Part shown: positions 48,545-57,291 of the stretch, piece after piece
Numbering within the stretch: position 1 is the first letter of the stretch
How the letters are laid out: each line of letters opens with the position of its first letter
Source: Nitrospinaceae bacterium
GTDB lineage: Bacteria > Nitrospinota > Nitrospinia > Nitrospinales > Nitrospinaceae
Direction of reading: 5' to 3'
Length of the DNA: 64,000 bases
Assembly: GCA_965223665.1 (NCBI GenBank)
Contig: OZ245011.1
Coordinates: 1,504,001 to 1,568,000, forward strand
Program-made: the position numbers and the translations under genes
Notes under the pieces: model-generated
Databases searched by the model: none
Told to the model about the DNA's origin: nothing
Seen by the model: only the letters and a program-made list of their open reading frames with translations

Positions 48545-49378
48545 CTATTTTCCGTTGACGCAGACAGCGTACGCCGTAAAACTTCTTGTTGAGGAAAAGG
48601 TATTGAACAACATAACCTCCCAACTGGATTTAGTAGAAGGGTATGATCTTCTTGTCCTAAAATAGTTTGTAGGCGAACTAAAACCTCCTCCAGTGACCAC
48701 TTTTCCGGTTGGGCATTCTGCCCTGGCTATTGAAGCACTTCCTGCTGGTACAGAAACAGTAGCAGAGGTAACAATTTCCGTTTCAATACCACTGGGAGGA
48801 ACGGTGTAGGTCACTTCCAGCGTTGGCGGAGTTCCGGTGGACTCTTTCGAATCCATATCAATACCGTTATTCGTTCCACCGGTACGAATGGCGAATCCGT
48901 TGTTTGGAAAGGTGCCATCTATCCAGCCTTGTACTAAAGCGATTCCACTTGCATTCAGTGCGATGGCGGTAGTACCAAAAGTAAACGAAGGAATTGTGCC
49001 CAATGGATTCACGTCTGAGTTTAAATCATTCCAGTTCACTGTGCCTTCAGACCAGGCAATATTCTGAGCATAAATATTATAAGGACCAGAACTGGCATCC
49101 GTATAGTTGAATGTTATGGAAACCCCAGTGACTGTAGCCTCCGCAGGAATGGAAGAAATATCCCATTTAACCATCGTGGCGATTTCCCCGTAGTTTCCAT
49201 TGCCCGGGTCCTGGCTCACGCCATCAGCAATTAAAACATTTTCCGAGCCATAGTTGGTGGTCGGCGAAGTTTCTCTCACATAACTATCCTCCGGATTAGT
49301 AAACGTATCGGTCACCGCAAACGAATTGGAACTCAAACCCAACACTATTAACAATGCGAACAAGTGATATAACCTCAT
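48545..49378 (-). CDS. Secreted DNRLRE/CBM96-like domain protein with small Cys-containing C-terminal domain
   Basis: EDSYV...PTTNYG, KWDISSIP, SKE...PPTLEVTY; C-terminal CPTGKVVTGGG...AYAVC. Confidence 0.8.
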   Translation of the reverse strand: MRLYHLFALLIVLGLSSNSFAVTDTFTNPEDSYVRETSPTTNYGSENVLIADGVSQDPGNGNYGEIATMVKWDISSIPAEATVTGVSITFNYTDASSGPYNIYAQNIAWSEGTVNWNDLNSDVNPLGTIPSFTFGTTAIALNASGIALVQGWIDGTFPNNGFAIRTGGTNNGIDMDSKESTGTPPTLEVTYTVPPSGIETEIVTSATVSVPAGSASIARAECPTGKVVTGGGFSSPTNYFRTRRSYPSTKSSWEVMLFNTFSSTRSFTAYAVCVNGK

Positions 49379-49458
49379 GGAATTCCTCCTTTAATGTAGT
49401 TGATTTGAAAACAACGGGCACATTAGTGCACGGTGAAGGTGAGTTGTCAAGAAATCGG

Positions 49459-50298
49459 TTAATGCAGAGAATTAATTCCAAACTTTTTAGTCATCAGGCG
49501 ATCCAGAATAAATCGTGGGAGTAAAAATTGCATTACCGGCAGGAAAACACTTTGGTTCCCCAGGCGAATGACGGAGGGAGGATTCTCTTTCAGGATTAAA
49601 CGAACCAAATCCCTGGCAAAAATTTTTGTGGGTGTGGCATTGGTTTGTGAAAGTCTGGCCCGTTCCAAAATTTTTTTCCGAATCGATTGGTACCACGAAT
49701 CGGCCTTGAGAACATCAGTAGCTTTTTCGGCGGCGTTTTCGCCAAACTGAGACCGAATCGCACCAGGCTGAACCGTCACCACCTGAATCCCGAAAGGCGA
49801 CAACTCCATTCTTAATGCATCACTCAAGGAATGCACCGCCGCTTTGGAGGCACAATAGGCACCGGCAAAGGGAGAGGAGACCACACCGGAAACGCTTCCG
49901 ACATTGACAATGATCCCGGCTCCATTGTTTCGCATGGAAGGCGCCACCTTTTGGGCTAAGGCCATCGGGGCAACAACATTGGTTTTGAGTTGCAACAGTA
50001 GATCACTCTCTGGAATATCGATGGAGGGACCGATCAAAGCGTATCCCGCGTTATTGATCAGAATATCAATTTTCCCTTCTCGCTCCAGAACGGTCTCAAC
50101 GACACGGTTAATGTCCTCGTTGTTATTGACGTCCAGTGGTTCCACTTCCATTCCCTGGGATTTTAATTCATCCAGCGTTTCAAGCCGCCTCGCCGTGGCA
50201 ACGACACGACACCCTTTCTGATGAAACTCTTCGCAAAGCGCTTTTCCTATTCCCGAGGAACATCCTGTGATCAAGACAATCTTTGAGTCCAATGCCAT
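49459..50298 (-). CDS. Short-chain dehydrogenase/reductase
   Basis: ITGCSSGIG, NNAG, YCASK, QPG. Confidence 0.93.
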   Translation of the reverse strand: MALDSKIVLITGCSSGIGKALCEEFHQKGCRVVATARRLETLDELKSQGMEVEPLDVNNNEDINRVVETVLEREGKIDILINNAGYALIGPSIDIPESDLLLQLKTNVVAPMALAQKVAPSMRNNGAGIIVNVGSVSGVVSSPFAGAYCASKAAVHSLSDALRMELSPFGIQVVTVQPGAIRSQFGENAAEKATDVLKADSWYQSIRKKILERARLSQTNATPTKIFARDLVRLILKENPPSVIRLGNQSVFLPVMQFLLPRFILDRLMTKKFGINSLH

Positions 50299-50404
50299 AA
50301 ACGGCCTCCTCCGTTTGTATTTATTACTGGGAGCAATTTAAAACTTTTCATTCAATGGAGAATAACACGAGACGCAGGCGGAATAAAATCGCCTTGATCT
50401 TAAA

Positions 50405-50639
50405 GAGATCTTTGCATAACAATGGATTTAGAAAAAAACACAACCAATGTAAAATAGGAAACCCATGTTTGCCCTCTTTCCCAACCTGGCGGTTGAGGCG
50501 AAAAGGATTTCCAAAAGTCGATGGATTTAAGAAATCGATAGAACCCATCGAAGATGAAATGCTGGTGGCGGGGCCTTTCCCGCGGTCAGGGGGATTCACC
50601 TTCAGGGGTTTTCAAGTTTTATGACTACGGAAAGGTCTC
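50405..50639. mobile_element. MITE family C copy (235 bp)
   Basis: Ends GAGATCTTTGCATAAC / ACTACGGAAAGGTCTC; interior 50465-50610 similar to 55977-56120. Confidence 0.75.
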
Positions 50640-50711
50640 GTTTTTAAACTGGGGAATCATTTGGCAGGAACTTTGGGAAGGGGAAGGGCAAGGGCCATCA
50701 CGATAAAGAAA

Positions 50712-50845
50712 CAGACCTCCTGAAAAATTAGTAACGTCAACCTTATTCTATTGATCTCGCCTCATGGCGTTAACTTCATTTTTCAAATAGGTTATAATCT
50801 AAAACCAAGTTATCAACTGTTCGCTATCGACCCAAAGCGGACATT
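50712..50845 (+). repeat. Promoter-like block + repeat family A site, copy 1
   Basis: Near-identical to 54655-54789; contains TATAAT and TGTTCGCTATCGACCCAAAGCGGACATT. Confidence 0.85.
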
Positions 50846-50907
50846 TATAATTCCAGTTTGCGAGTTAACCTTTAAGACATGGGGGAAATTAAACTTTAAA
50901 AAATTAA

Positions 50908-51420
50908 TCAATAATCTGCGTACGATTTGTTAGCAAATTCAGGGTCGAGTTTCACTGCTGCCGCATAGTCCTTTTTGGAGGAATCGGACTCGCCAATTTT
51001 ATAATAACAAAGCCCACGAAAGAAATAGGAACCAGCTCGTTTCCTATCGCTACTGTACTCAATGGCTTTTGTGAAGTCAGCAATACCCTTATCATACTCA
51101 CACTTCATGCCATACACCAAACCTCGATGATGGTAAGCATCGTCGAACTGAGAGTTCCTTTGGATTGCATCATTATACTCTGCGAGAGCTCTATCCAATT
51201 GACCTTTTTCTCTAAAGACATGCCCAAGAACATTGTAGGGGCCAGGATGCGAAGGGTCCAATTTTATACTCCTTTCCAGGTCAATGATTGCATTGACAAA
51301 GTCTCTTTTCACCCAATAGGCTGATCCCCGAATCAAATAATCGCTGGAGCTTCGTGGTTCTAGATTCTTGATAATAGCATCAAAATTTACTTTCTCATTA
51401 GAGGGGCCACTTGAAGGCAT
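50908..51420 (-). CDS. TPR-repeat protein
   Basis: AYHHRGLVY...AIADF-type repeats, KLDP. Confidence 0.88.
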   Translation of the reverse strand: MPSSGPSNEKVNFDAIIKNLEPRSSSDYLIRGSAYWVKRDFVNAIIDLERSIKLDPSHPGPYNVLGHVFREKGQLDRALAEYNDAIQRNSQFDDAYHHRGLVYGMKCEYDKGIADFTKAIEYSSDRKRAGSYFFRGLCYYKIGESDSSKKDYAAAVKLDPEFANKSYADY

Positions 51421-51672
51421 AAATTTTCTCCTAACATATAAGGTCGCTTAAATTTAAAGAATCTAACAACTCTTTTAGGGTCCTAATTTTGAATTGCATT
51501 AGTAAGTAAAAATCATTTTTCTTTTAAAAACAGCTTAAATCGGTTGTTGTTTACATGGAAGGGCTGTACGCAACTATTGATGCGAACTCCGCCTACTTTT
51601 GTGCGCGGGAAAACTACTAAATAGCTGCATTACCCTCTGCCGCTAAGTTTTAATTGTTCTTAAAATTTTAAT

Positions 51673-52638
51673 TTAGGTTGAAAAGAAATTTTCCTTGATG
51701 TAAGGATCGATTTCTGGCTTTTCATCTACTTTTTTAAAGCTTCCTTTGTTAGCATTCCACCAATTTTTCCAATCCTTAGTGTTTTCCACATGCCCCTCAC
51801 CAAGTATTTTCTTTAAAGAGACACTAGCTAAATATTGAACAACATCATATTTGTCTTCCAAAGCGTTAATTAATGGTTCCACAGCGGCAATGCTATTTAT
51901 TCGACCAAGAACGGAGGCAACTGTACAGCGAATCTTATCTGAGCTATGATCTGAAAGCGCTGCAATCAATGGCTTTAAGGCCGAATGCCCAAATTTTGTT
52001 AAAGAGTTTTCAGCACACCACCGTATATAGTCATCCTCTGCTTCTAAGACTTCTATCAAAGGATAGATCGAACGGATATCACCAATTTCGCCTAAGGCCC
52101 ACGCTGCTGCAGCGTGCTGATCAGCCCGAACAAACTTTGGTTTGTTGATATCCAACAAACTAAGTACCTTTATTAGTAAGTCAACAGCAAGTGGTTCCTT
52201 CTTTTCCCCCAATGCCAAAATTGCAGAATTACAAAGATCAGACGAGCCAAATTTATAAGAAATTTTCACCCACTTCATTAATGGTTGAATAACACGGTTG
52301 TCCTTAATCTTCCTTAAAGCATAAATGGCTCCGTGTGGGTAATAACCTTCTTCCTCGTTTTCGAGAGCACCAATAAAATCAGGTAGTAATTGACGTGCTC
52401 CCTCTGTCTCACCCCAATTTGGACAAACTGCTTCTAATACTTCCTTTGCGCCAAAATATTCGTTCCCATCCTCTTCTTTGAGTAAAAGAATTAGCGTCTG
52501 TAGCAATTCTGGATCACTTATCTTCCCTAAAGATTTTAATGACTCACAAGCACCTCTACGGGCAGACCAGTCACCATGAAGTAAGCGTTCTATTTGTTCT
52601 TTTTGCTTCTTTCTATTGTTGAATAAGTTTGAGAACAT
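51673..52638 (-). CDS. HEAT/PBS-lyase repeat protein
   Basis: AAWALGEIGD.RSIYPLIEVL, AVEPLINALED. Confidence 0.88.
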   Translation of the reverse strand: MFSNLFNNRKKQKEQIERLLHGDWSARRGACESLKSLGKISDPELLQTLILLLKEEDGNEYFGAKEVLEAVCPNWGETEGARQLLPDFIGALENEEEGYYPHGAIYALRKIKDNRVIQPLMKWVKISYKFGSSDLCNSAILALGEKKEPLAVDLLIKVLSLLDINKPKFVRADQHAAAAWALGEIGDIRSIYPLIEVLEAEDDYIRWCAENSLTKFGHSALKPLIAALSDHSSDKIRCTVASVLGRINSIAAVEPLINALEDKYDVVQYLASVSLKKILGEGHVENTKDWKNWWNANKGSFKKVDEKPEIDPYIKENFFST

Positions 52639-52738
52639 TGCCCCCCCTCTTTAGCTTGCAATATACACTAATATGGGGGATTTTGAAGGTGGAATATTTG
52701 TGGGGAATTTTGTTGGCAAAGGATTCTTTAAGAAAATA

Positions 52739-52782
52739 TGACCTGCCCCTGTAAGTTGTACCAAATCTTAAGTTAGAGTTTC
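52739..52782. mobile_element. Probable IS terminal remnant (IS3-family-like end)
   Basis: TGACCTGCCCCTGTAAGTTGTACCA...AAGTTAGAG resembles IS3-type TG... termini (from memory); no transposase. Confidence 0.4.
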
Positions 52783-52908
52783 TGTCTTGGGTTTAACGGC
52801 ATCCGGAGCCATAGGTACTGGGTAAAGGCATCGTTCGAGGGCAAATACATTGGAACTCAACAAGCATCCAAAGATAATTACAAAAAGATAAATAACAAGT
52901 CTTTTCAT
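52768..52908 (-). pseudogene. Truncated secreted-protein gene (46 codons)
   Basis: MKRLVIYLFVIIFGCLLSSNVFA signal peptide; frame ends inside the IS-like end. Confidence 0.5.
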
Positions 52909-53040
52909 ACAAAGCCTTCACATTGACATTTTTATTTCATTTTCTACCCTCTTAGGTTAATATTGTTGGCCAAAACAGGCAATTGCTTTCATTGTGGGGA
53001 GCACAGACCAAAAGAGTACCTACCTTTTAAAATTTTCAAA

Positions 53041-53087
53041 GCGGAATGTCTGCTTCTGACCGAAAGCGACCCAAAGCGGACATTCGC
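53041..53087 (+). repeat. Repeat family A palindrome (best-preserved, double-loop form)
   Basis: GCGGAATGTCTGCTTCTGACCGAAAGCGACCCAAAGCGGACATTCGC. Confidence 0.85.
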
Positions 53088-53150
53088 GGTAGTTGCATAG
53101 GGCCGAAGGAAGACCTACAGAAGAGCGTTGGGCGGAATAGAAAATAGGAT

Positions 53151-53223
53151 GCCGATGTAATTCGGTTGGTAGAGCAACTGGTTTGTAATCAGTAGGTCGG
53201 GGGTTTGATTCCTCTCACCGGCT
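53151..53223 (+). tRNA. tRNA-Thr(UGU), probably a pseudogene
   Basis: Cloverleaf with anticodon TGT, but A-C mismatches in acceptor and D stems and T-loop TTTGATT; no CCA. Confidence 0.8.
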
Positions 53224-53232
53224 TTAAAAATA

Positions 53233-53259
53233 AAAGGGCCAGGGATACCCTGGCCCTTT
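53233..53259. terminator. Intrinsic terminator after tRNA
   Basis: AAAGGGCCAGGG-ATA-CCCTGGCCCTTT perfect stem + T-rich tail. Confidence 0.8.
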
Positions 53260-53375
53260 CTTTAGTTTCAGGTGAATGCAGGCCATACGCGCCTTATACG
53301 CAGTATGGTCTTGCGCTGACAATGGACTGGGCATCGGGTCAGCGCAAGACAATTCCCCAGCAAAATCACCCCGCA

Positions 53376-54224
53376 TTAATGTTCACCGATGTATTTGACG
53401 TGAGGTTCGTCCCGTTCTTCCCTGAGTGCCATGGTAAGTTCCGGCACTTCGGTAAGCCTTTCGTTGATGACGGTCAGCAGGGTTTTGGCCTGGGAAAGGA
53501 ACGCGTCTTTCTCTGCAGGGCCGACTTTACGGTGATACAAGTCTTCGTAACCATTAAGCAACGTCTTGGTTTTGCGGATCAATCCTTCGACTGTCTGGTA
53601 GGAAACCTTGCGTGTGGAAGCTTTTTCAGCTTTCGCTTCGTAATCAAACCAGATATCGATATCCTTTGATACCCGCCCCATTTTGATCCAATATTCCCTG
53701 GCACCTTCTTTGCCTCCACGCTCCTTGATGATGTCGGCAATCATCCTCGCAACCGGGGATTTAGGGATACCGTTCGCGGTCTCGCAAAGGTGGCGCACTG
53801 CCTGGAACACCTTGTTGAGATTACTGTCAATCTGCATACCTTTGTTGGAGAAGGTCCGTACCTCCGGTGACCGTTCGAAGGCGTGCCACATGCCTCCGTC
53901 CCGTTGCAGGAGTAACCTTTTCTCATCCAAAGCACGGAATGTCTGGTGGCAGGATTCCCGATCTTTCACCTTGCCCTGCGGGGCAGAGGCTTCTGTCAGG
54001 AGGGTCTTCCTAAAAGATTCATCCAGAGAAATTTTACTGGGAGTGGTATCTGCTTTAGCCATAAAAGCTTCGCGGGTCATTTCCTTTTTAGAAGTCCGGA
54101 CCCAGGTTTTTTCTTTTTCTGGCATTATATAAGGGGACATTTTGACGGGTCCTTTCAAGGGTTCCGCACCACCCAATGTCACCAATCCAAACAAGAACAA
54201 AACGAAAAAAATCGCCCTTTTCAT
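53376..54224 (-). CDS. Secreted helical hypothetical protein
   Basis: Signal peptide MKRAIFFVLFLFG; 282 aa; SD-like AAGGA. Confidence 0.8.
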   Translation of the reverse strand: MKRAIFFVLFLFGLVTLGGAEPLKGPVKMSPYIMPEKEKTWVRTSKKEMTREAFMAKADTTPSKISLDESFRKTLLTEASAPQGKVKDRESCHQTFRALDEKRLLLQRDGGMWHAFERSPEVRTFSNKGMQIDSNLNKVFQAVRHLCETANGIPKSPVARMIADIIKERGGKEGAREYWIKMGRVSKDIDIWFDYEAKAEKASTRKVSYQTVEGLIRKTKTLLNGYEDLYHRKVGPAEKDAFLSQAKTLLTVINERLTEVPELTMALREERDEPHVKYIGEH

Positions 54225-54410
54225 AATTCCTTATTCCTTTCTCTAATAGAGTTGGTTTATGAAACCTTATCACATTTCCAACCTGTTTTCACCCTCCACA
54301 GGCCCCATATTGCCCTGCCAAGGTGCTTACGCCATCCAGTGGTCATTGGAAAGTTCTTCGCGGCGATTCCTGGATCAATAAGCCTTTCTTTGTGCGAACC
54401 GCTAATCGCG

Positions 54411-54437
54411 GTAGGTTCGATCCTACGACTCGGCTCA
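54411..54437 (+). other. tRNA 3'-end-like fragment (possible att scar)
   Basis: GTAGG-TTCGAT-CCTAC T-arm followed by CTCGGCTCA. Confidence 0.35.
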
Positions 54438-54487
54438 ACGCCAGCGGTTTCCGGTGCGTCCAGTAAGAGTTACCCTTTGCTCTTTTA

Positions 54488-54509
54488 CGCTTTTGGCCGA
54501 TAGCGACAT
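54488..54509 (+). repeat. Repeat family A (degenerate)
   Basis: CGCTTTTGGCCGATAGCGACAT. Confidence 0.6.
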
Positions 54510-54654
54510 CCACCCTCATGCAAACTGGACTCTCCCCATATGGAATTATGATTGGAAATCTGTTGGAGACAAAGTTACTATTACCAAAGCTCTCAAGGCA
54601 AAAGGCTTCGCAAGATTATCGGTATCAGAGCAGTAAAGACCGCCCCAAGAAAAA

Positions 54655-54789
54655 AACTGATCTCCAAAAAAATCACTGACCTCACCCCTATTCTATTGAT
54701 CTTGCCTCATGGCGTTAACTTCATTTTTCAAATAGGTTATAATTTAAAACCAGTTATCAACTGTTCACTGTCGACCCAAAGCGGACGTT
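54655..54789 (+). repeat. Promoter-like block + repeat family A site, copy 2
   Basis: Near-identical to 50712-50845; ends TGTTCACTGTCGACCCAAAGCGGACGTT. Confidence 0.85.
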
Positions 54790-54819
54790 TTGGACGAGGC
54801 GACAATAAATGGAAGTTTA

Positions 54820-55467
54820 ATGAGACTTATTAATATTGATGAAGAAGCACCAGAAGAGTTCTATATTTTTGTAGATCGTTCAAATTTTATAACTGCACAC
54901 AACTTTAGACTCACTAAAAAATTTAGTTCTGGTGCGGCAAATTCATGCAGCATTGATTCAAATTTTGAGAAAAAATATAAAGAAGGTAGTGCCAATTACT
55001 TACCATATAAACTGTGCGAAATAGATACTGTATCGCCGTCACTCTATTTTTTGAGCGCGATAAAAAATTACCGAGTAGAATATGATGCCGAAACTTACCG
55101 AAAACATAACCACCCACTATATCCATCTCGATTATCTGCCATATATGCATTCGGCAGCATGGAAATGTGTAAAAAAGTTTCTGAAAAGTATCATTGGTCA
55201 TTAGACAATATCCACAAATTTCGTTTAAGAAACTGGCCTTTAACCAGGATAGCCAAAGTTAATATGGAGCATGTTTCTTTAGCCCGTCTTGCTTATAAAA
55301 ATTCAGCCATGCTAGAAGAAAGCATTGAATACTTATGGGCTAATTATTGGAGAGGTTCCGGAGAAATTGTTTTTGAATTACCATCAACTAATTTTGAACG
55401 TAAGAAATTCAATTCCGGCGTTATTTGGGAATATCTTATTGAAGGTGTTGTTGAATGCATTGAGTAA
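54820..55467 (+). CDS. DUF2441-like protein (possible ADP-ribosyltransferase-like fold)
   Basis: ETYR...P.YPSRLSAIYAF, YWRG, WEYLIEG.V. Confidence 0.6.
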   Translation: MRLINIDEEAPEEFYIFVDRSNFITAHNFRLTKKFSSGAANSCSIDSNFEKKYKEGSANYLPYKLCEIDTVSPSLYFLSAIKNYRVEYDAETYRKHNHPLYPSRLSAIYAFGSMEMCKKVSEKYHWSLDNIHKFRLRNWPLTRIAKVNMEHVSLARLAYKNSAMLEESIEYLWANYWRGSGEIVFELPSTNFERKKFNSGVIWEYLIEGVVECIE

Positions 55468-55554
55468 AAAGCATAATCGTTATAATAAGTCTCCAATAGA
55501 TTATTAGTTTTTGAGCCAAATTATTAAAATTTGAATTTGTTAAGAAACCCTGAA

Positions 55555-55914
55555 ATGAAACACAAGCCCTCTCAGGATCGAACTGTCTACTCCACCGAAC
55601 ATGGTAAAATGTGTCCCGGCTGTGGCAATCCCGTGAAACAATGCAACTGTCGCAAACAGTCATCGCCCCCCGGTGATGGAAACGTACGCGTCTCCCGTCA
55701 GACCAAGGGCAGAAAAGGAAAAGGGGTCACGTTGATTCAAGGACTCAATATGGATGCGGCGACTCTATCAGCGACGTGCAAGAAGCTCAAGACGATGTTC
55801 GGCACCGGCGGGACGGTCAAAGACGGAGTCATCGAGATCCAGGGCGATCATATTGAGCGCATCCTGGATTATTTGAAGGAACAAGGCGTAAAGGCCAAAC
55901 GGTCTGGCGGGTGA
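55555..55914 (+). CDS. yciH: SUI1/YciH translation initiation factor homolog
   Basis: VYSTEHG, RQTKGRKGKGVTLI.GL, GTGGTVKDGVIEIQGDH. Confidence 0.95.
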   Translation: MKHKPSQDRTVYSTEHGKMCPGCGNPVKQCNCRKQSSPPGDGNVRVSRQTKGRKGKGVTLIQGLNMDAATLSATCKKLKTMFGTGGTVKDGVIEIQGDHIERILDYLKEQGVKAKRSGG

Positions 55915-55915
55915 A

Positions 55916-56330
55916 GTGGCTTTTGCATAAGAGGAAATTTTAAATAAAACACAAATAATATTAAAAAACGAAATTGATGTTTGCCCTCTTTCCCAACCTA
56001 GCGGTTGAAGCAAAAAGGATTTCCAAAAGTCGATGGATTTAAGAAATCGATGGAACCCATCGAAGATGAAATGTTGGTGGCGGGGTCTTCCCCGTGGTCA
56101 GGGGGATTCACCTTCAGGGATTTTATAAATAAGGAAAAATCCCCCCAGCCCGCAGCGTCACGCTGCACCCGGAATAATTTTTCGTCAGGTTTGTCCAAAT
56201 ATCATTTGTCCACAAACTTTTGAGAATCCTTATTGCATCCAATCGCAGATTGGGGAAAGGGGGAGCGCATGGGTCGCCACTTTAAGTTTATTGTATTTTT
56301 CTTAATAATCTTTCGTTATGCAAAGGTCGC
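55916..56330. mobile_element. MITE family C copy (415 bp) with long imperfect inverted arms
   Basis: GGCTTTTGCATAAG / GTTATGCAAAGGTCGC ends; inner arms 55977-56036 vs 56209-56270. Confidence 0.75.
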
Positions 56331-56413
56331 TTGGTAAAGAAATGAGATTGCCTATCCAAAACTCTTAACCCATTCAACCTGCCTGGGGACTTACCTATAG
56401 ACTACGGATTGAA

Positions 56414-57040
56414 TCACTGGAAATGTAGCGTACAGGATTGGTTTCGGCACACGGCGGATGCGTTAAAGGGATCTACGGGCAAACAGCTTGTGAGGGTCTC
56501 AAAATGTCGTGCCACCGCCTCGTAGCATTGTTGTGAAGTCTTGTTGAGAGCCCTGGAAGTCCCGCAGAAATTGTATGCCGCCACGCAATCCTGATCCTGT
56601 TGACATGCCAGGAATTCTTCAGGCGTCCGCGTGATGATTTTATAAACAATATTCGTAGGCATATCTTTCACCGATCCATACCCGCACGCGGGCAGATGGG
56701 TCTGCATTTGAGGTTTGGGCGAGGCAGGTTTTTTCGGTTTGGGTTTCGGAGCCGTTTGCGTCTGCTGCCTTTCGTGCAACACCTTCAGCATATCGCTCAT
56801 TTTCTTTTCAACCGCAGGCTCATTGTTTTCTCGGGCCCACGCCTGTAATTCCTTGCAGGCTCGGATCGCCTTGGCATCCATTCCTTCCTCAAAATAAAAA
56901 TGTGCCTGCCGCCACAGGTTTTTAGCGAGGGACGACGAAAGTTTGGGAGCGTCATCCGCCAGGGCTTGCGAACTTTCTCCTGCAATGTTCAGCAACATAA
57001 CCACCAGAACCAATACTAAGTATTTTGAAATAGGTTTCAT
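56414..57040 (-). CDS. Secreted protein with Pro/Lys linker and Cys-rich C-terminal domain
   Basis: Signal peptide; CQQDQDCV...C...C...C...CRNQSC. Confidence 0.8.
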   Translation of the reverse strand: MKPISKYLVLVLVVMLLNIAGESSQALADDAPKLSSSLAKNLWRQAHFYFEEGMDAKAIRACKELQAWARENNEPAVEKKMSDMLKVLHERQQTQTAPKPKPKKPASPKPQMQTHLPACGYGSVKDMPTNIVYKIITRTPEEFLACQQDQDCVAAYNFCGTSRALNKTSQQCYEAVARHFETLTSCLPVDPFNASAVCRNQSCTLHFQ

Positions 57041-57173
57041 GCTTTAGGTTTCCTTTATTAATCTCAATAACTTCTATATATTTTCAATATATGGACACCG
57101 AACCTATCCATTAATACCATGAAAAATACCCTGCTCAAAATTTTGTTGTAAACCATAGCTACTGATTTTTCCC

Positions 57174-57225
57174 AATATCCGCTTTTGGCGGGCAATCCAT
57201 TTACTTTCGACTCAAATTTGATATT
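57174..57225 (+). repeat. Repeat family A long form, left flank of ankyrin gene
   Basis: AATATCCGCTTTTGGCGGGCAATCCATTTACTTTCGACTCAAATTTGATATT. Confidence 0.8.
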
Positions 57226-57291
57226 TCAATTTAAGTCCTTTTCCGGCATAATAGAAGTCTTCCCTGATATTCAAAAATTAGACAACTGCTT

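Noticed and set aside
50348-50624. Short ORFs on both strands (also 55998-56223) as a conserved small-protein family
   Set aside because: Their similarity comes from lying within MITE copies; starts and stops are not conserved between copies.
53205-54503. Plus-strand ORFs 53205-53669, 53683-54132, 53946-54503
   Set aside because: Antisense shadows of the 53376-54224 gene or overlapping the tRNA and terminator; no protein-like features.
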